Origin: a virus
IMG/VR virus record: IMGVR_UViG_3300029951_000013
Span: 1 to 64,000 of that record
Strand: one strand, 5' to 3'
Length of the DNA stretch: 64,000 nucleotides
Part shown: piece after piece, positions 63,755-64,000 of the stretch
How positions within the stretch are numbered: the first letter of the stretch is position 1
Layout of the letters: each line of letters starts with the position of its first letter
The notes under the pieces: model-generated
What the model was told of the DNA's origin: nothing
Database searches by the model: none
What the model saw: the letters and a program-made list of their open reading frames with translations, nothing else
Program-made: the position numbers and the translations under genes

Positions 63755-63979
63755 CTACTCCTGGAGGAAGCCCGCATGCACGACAAACGAGTTCTTCGCC
63801 TCCCACAGGCTGCGCAGCCCGGCGGTCAGCTCGGGGCCGTCCGGCAGCAGGTCGACCATCTGCTGCGCCAGGTCGTGGCACGGCTTGCTGACCGCCTGGA
63901 GGTGCGGCGGAAGGTGGTCGTAGGCGAACATGCGGCTGAAGTGCTTCGTTCCGGCGTGCCGGTCGGGTGCGATGTCCAT
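63755..63979 (-). CDS. Small helical-hairpin protein, possibly Acb2/Tad1-related
   Basis: FAYDHLP.HLQ.VSKP...LA......PDGPE...GLR.L.EAK. Confidence 0.55.
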   Translation of the reverse strand: MDIAPDRHAGTKHFSRMFAYDHLPPHLQAVSKPCHDLAQQMVDLLPDGPELTAGLRSLWEAKNSFVVHAGFLQE

Positions 63980-64000
63980 CAGGACAGACCCGCCTTGGAT

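Noticed and set aside
1-64000. Many long antisense or alternate-frame ORFs (e.g. 33-1442, 3604-5124, 38782-41238, 44542-47049, 56569-58284)
   Set aside because: Shadow ORFs typical of high-GC DNA: Arg/Gly/Pro-rich, no motifs, and overlapping well-supported genes

Overview
High-GC (roughly 70%) actinomycete siphophage genome segment with plasmid-like traits. The left arm (+ strand, about 1-26.8 kb) carries a PD-(D/E)XK exonuclease and SSB, a Streptomyces-type TraB/Spd-like conjugation module, three GT2 glycosyltransferases and an NDP-sugar epimerase. It continues with two duplicated strong promoters driving about 30 small early genes interspersed with structured non-coding elements, then LuxR- and WhiB-type regulators. 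The right arm (- strand, about 26.8-62.6 kb) carries TerS, an intein-containing TerL, an accessory block, portal, a 2H-phosphoesterase/MuF/protease fusion, capsid, tail genes and a GT-B glycosyltransferase. A Cre-like recombinase with an adjacent 11-6-11 inverted-repeat site and a GH25 endolysin lie on the + strand. The most unusual signals are: (1) about 67 copies of GRGACR on both strands over 2.2 kb, around a membrane-anchored HTH gene next to traB; (2) tRNA 'top-half' mimics lacking anticodon arms, plus larger structured RNA candidates; (3) an HNH gene nested out of frame inside the TerL intein with its own putative leaderless promoter; (4) a recurring GACCACYGACCA start-associated motif; (5) a shared palindromic operator and an rrn-type boxA-like element. 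All assignments come from motif recognition by eye; no database searches or folding programs were run.
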